Positions 61,512 to 64,000 of a stretch of 64,000 bases of DNA are shown piece after piece. A program made the position numbers and the translations under genes. How positions within the stretch are numbered: position 1 is the stretch's first letter; each line of letters starts with the position of its first letter. The notes below the pieces were generated by a model that worked only from the letters and a program-made list of their open reading frames with translations, was not told the DNA's origin and ran no database searches. Origin of the DNA: Raillietiella orientalis (taxonomy: Eukaryota); NCBI GenBank assembly GCA_036172245.1, contig JAYWIR010000007.1, positions 3,410,001 to 3,474,000 of the forward strand, written 5' to 3'.

Positions 61512-64000
61512 GCACATCGAATATTTTGCTCCCGTGACGAAAACGGTAGGGGAAAAAAAAAAAATTCCGGAAATGTTTTTCCTCCGAGTCGTTTGGTATC
61601 TGAACTTCGTTTTTGAGCAGCTGTCCATGCTGCCGTGGAAGTGATATGGCACCGTGGAAGACCGGGATGAAACGAAGCATCTCATTAAGTAAATTAGCCG
61701 GATTTTTCTTTTTTCTTAGAAAAGAAAGAAAGAAAAATTAGAGAAGAAGAAGAAAATTCGAGGACTACTGAGATCATCAGATGGCCATGTCCTAAGATCA
61801 GTTCTCAATTGCAGTTTCAGGATCTCGAGATTTTACGGGAGAAACCGAGAAAAAGAGAAAGAGAGAGGGAAAACAACTTTTTGCTTCCCTGCAGACCGCT
61901 CGTCTGCGATTCGCGGCGCACTTTGCACCACTGCGGTCCAGATAGAGTAGCGAAAAAGAAGAGAAAAGAAAGCATGCTGGTACAGATTTCACTCTCAGTG
62001 GTCACCAAGTTCAGTCAATCTTGCTGGTGGTTCTGTCGTACTGGTTGGGGACTTCGCATACTCATTTTTTTTTATGGCTGGGGGTGTTTCCTTTCACGGG
62101 AATCCATCTGGGAAGCGATAATGCTTGGTTCGGGTACTGATGCAACACGTTGAGGCACCGAAAGACCAGTGGTCATGCGACGTGTGGGGGCTCTTAATTT
62201 CCGATTCGGTTCTTCGGGACACGAGTTCGTTCGTTGAACCGTTCAGGGCTCCCGATTCGTCTTCCTCGGAGGAGACTTTTGCCCGAGGGATTTTCTGTTT
62301 AGCGACACGCGCAAAGTACAACGTGGTTGCCTTCAACTGCGCTTCGTTTTTCACGATGCCGTTACTGAAGATATGAACTTTCGTTGGTGCCAAAGAGCTG
62401 CACGGTCTGCGGCGGCTGAAACTTCATTCAAAGTAAAGGTCTCTGGGAAACAAATAGAGAGGTCAGGGAAAGAAACCGTCTCGATTTACAGGGAAAAATA
62501 CGAAACGGATCGAGTGGATTTGCCGATCGGTGCAGAAAAGGCATTGTAATCACTTATCTCTGGAGTGTACAGGATATTTCCCAAAATTATGCTGAACACG
62601 AGAATGTTTTATGATTCGGAAACGATGTCAGTGCTTGCTAGCCATCATATGACCGTCGGTATTGTGGACATTCAATGTTTATTAGTGACGAAATTATACA
62701 AAACACGTTAATGGAGATTCAGGACAAATACAGGGGGGGGGGGGGATTTCCATTATCTTATCAGCCTATCTGTCCTCTTCTTCCGTTCATTTGATTAAAT
62801 GCAAATCCCCGAAAACCAAAGGTAGGGATCGATGTAAATGTATGTCAATCATCATATGACCGTTGGCATGCTGCATGGTCGAGATACAAAGATATGTTAT
62901 CCGAACACTCTCTCGGGATTCGCATATCCCAGCTCGACAACGTGATTGTTATCTATTAGAGCATAGGTTCCGATGTGATGTAAGTGAACACCTAATCCAC
63001 AGATAGAAAGTGGCGCCGAAATCTATTTATCTCCGTCGGAAGCAGGAAAGTGGCCGCCGGCATCTCAGTTTGCAATTGTAGATGCTGCCTTGCCTTCCGC
63101 GCCAGCATCCACCCCGTGCTGAACTTTCTTGCTACGTGTGCCATTTCCTGTTCGTGGCATCCTTCCCTGTCTGACCGCGCCTCTTTTTGAGAAATCGAAT
63201 TCCTATCGAAACGGCGCGTAAAACTTTATTGTGCGACCCACTTGATTAAACCTGCCAGTTTCAAGCGCAGGTCCCTATTGGGACCCCCATACTGCGTCTC
63301 GTTTCGGAATAAGAGAGCAAATTCGGCGGATGAGGATGAAGCCTTCTAAGATTCGCTGATGCTTTTTTGGTTGAACCTGGTGGCGTCATGACAGCAAGAG
63401 CCGGGCCACCTGGTGGTGATGGGAGTTGTCGGTTAGGGAAACGCCTCAACTTCCCTTTTTAAACCACTTGGCTCATGTGTTTCGGCCTACAAATCACGCG
63501 CAAGAAGTGGCTGTGGAGGCAGCGACAGACTGAGGAGAATTAATACCTTAAAACGAAAGCGCTTGCACAGCGGCTGCATGGTCTCACAGCAATCTTTTGC
63601 ATCCCGATTGAAACCTTTGCTGTGTGCTTTGCTAAGGATCCTCTGAGAAATAGTCTTTTGCGCAGAAACGAATGTGTTCAACAGCGAACACAAAAAAAAC
63701 TCGGATCCATGATTTTTTCTGTTTATTTTTTCTCCAACGATGATTATAGAATATATCATTTCTTTTTAAATATCCATTCACCTATGTGTCTGATATGATC
63801 TGCAATGCACTGCATGCAGTGCTCAAAGATGCAAAACAAACAAACAAAGAAAAGAAGCTAGAAAAAAACACACACACCCACACACGCTCAAAAGACACGT
63901 TTCGCGAATTTCATGTGGGAAGTGCGTCGGCATAAAGTAGGAGTTCCTTGGAGCAGTGCTTTTGTTTGTTTTCAATGGTGTCGACTAGCACGTGGCTGGT

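Noticed and set aside
62094..63449. Two minus-strand ORFs that look like possible exons
   Set aside because: Nearby acceptors lead to stops; no homology recognised.
1..64000. CRISPR arrays, rRNA or intact tRNA genes
   Set aside because: No regularly spaced repeats or complete RNA gene structures seen; only SINE-type tRNA boxes.

Overview
Eukaryotic (invertebrate, probably arthropod-like) nuclear DNA with a strong GC-rich/AT-rich mosaic. Host genes reconstructed by hand from GT-AG splice sites and reading frames: a divergent pair of small secreted follistatin/Kazal genes (2.3-4.1 kb), a DM9-repeat gene (21.4-22.6 kb), DNAJB11/ERdj3 (25.6-27.0 kb), an orphan secreted furin-cleaved precursor (48.4-49.6 kb), and the convergent pair NSMCE2/Mms21 and prohibitin-1 (51.5-54.2 kb). 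The housekeeping genes have very short introns (40-56 nt). Decayed non-LTR retrotransposons are common: a Utopia/NeSL-like RLE element, an RNase H-bearing LINE and several L1/Tx1 3' ends. Three things stand out. (i) A ~4.3 kb scrambled, pseudogenised Wolbachia-like insertion (NB-ARC, hypothetical, recF, mutM, pdxH, rpe), in which a 38-bp copy of the rpe start has been pasted into mutM. (ii) A composite that occurs twice: inverted L1/Tx1 tail + near-identical 857-bp L1/Tx1 3' fragment + antisense tRNA-derived SINE. (iii) The orphan peptide precursor. All calls are by eye, with no database searches; mobile-element boundaries are approximate.
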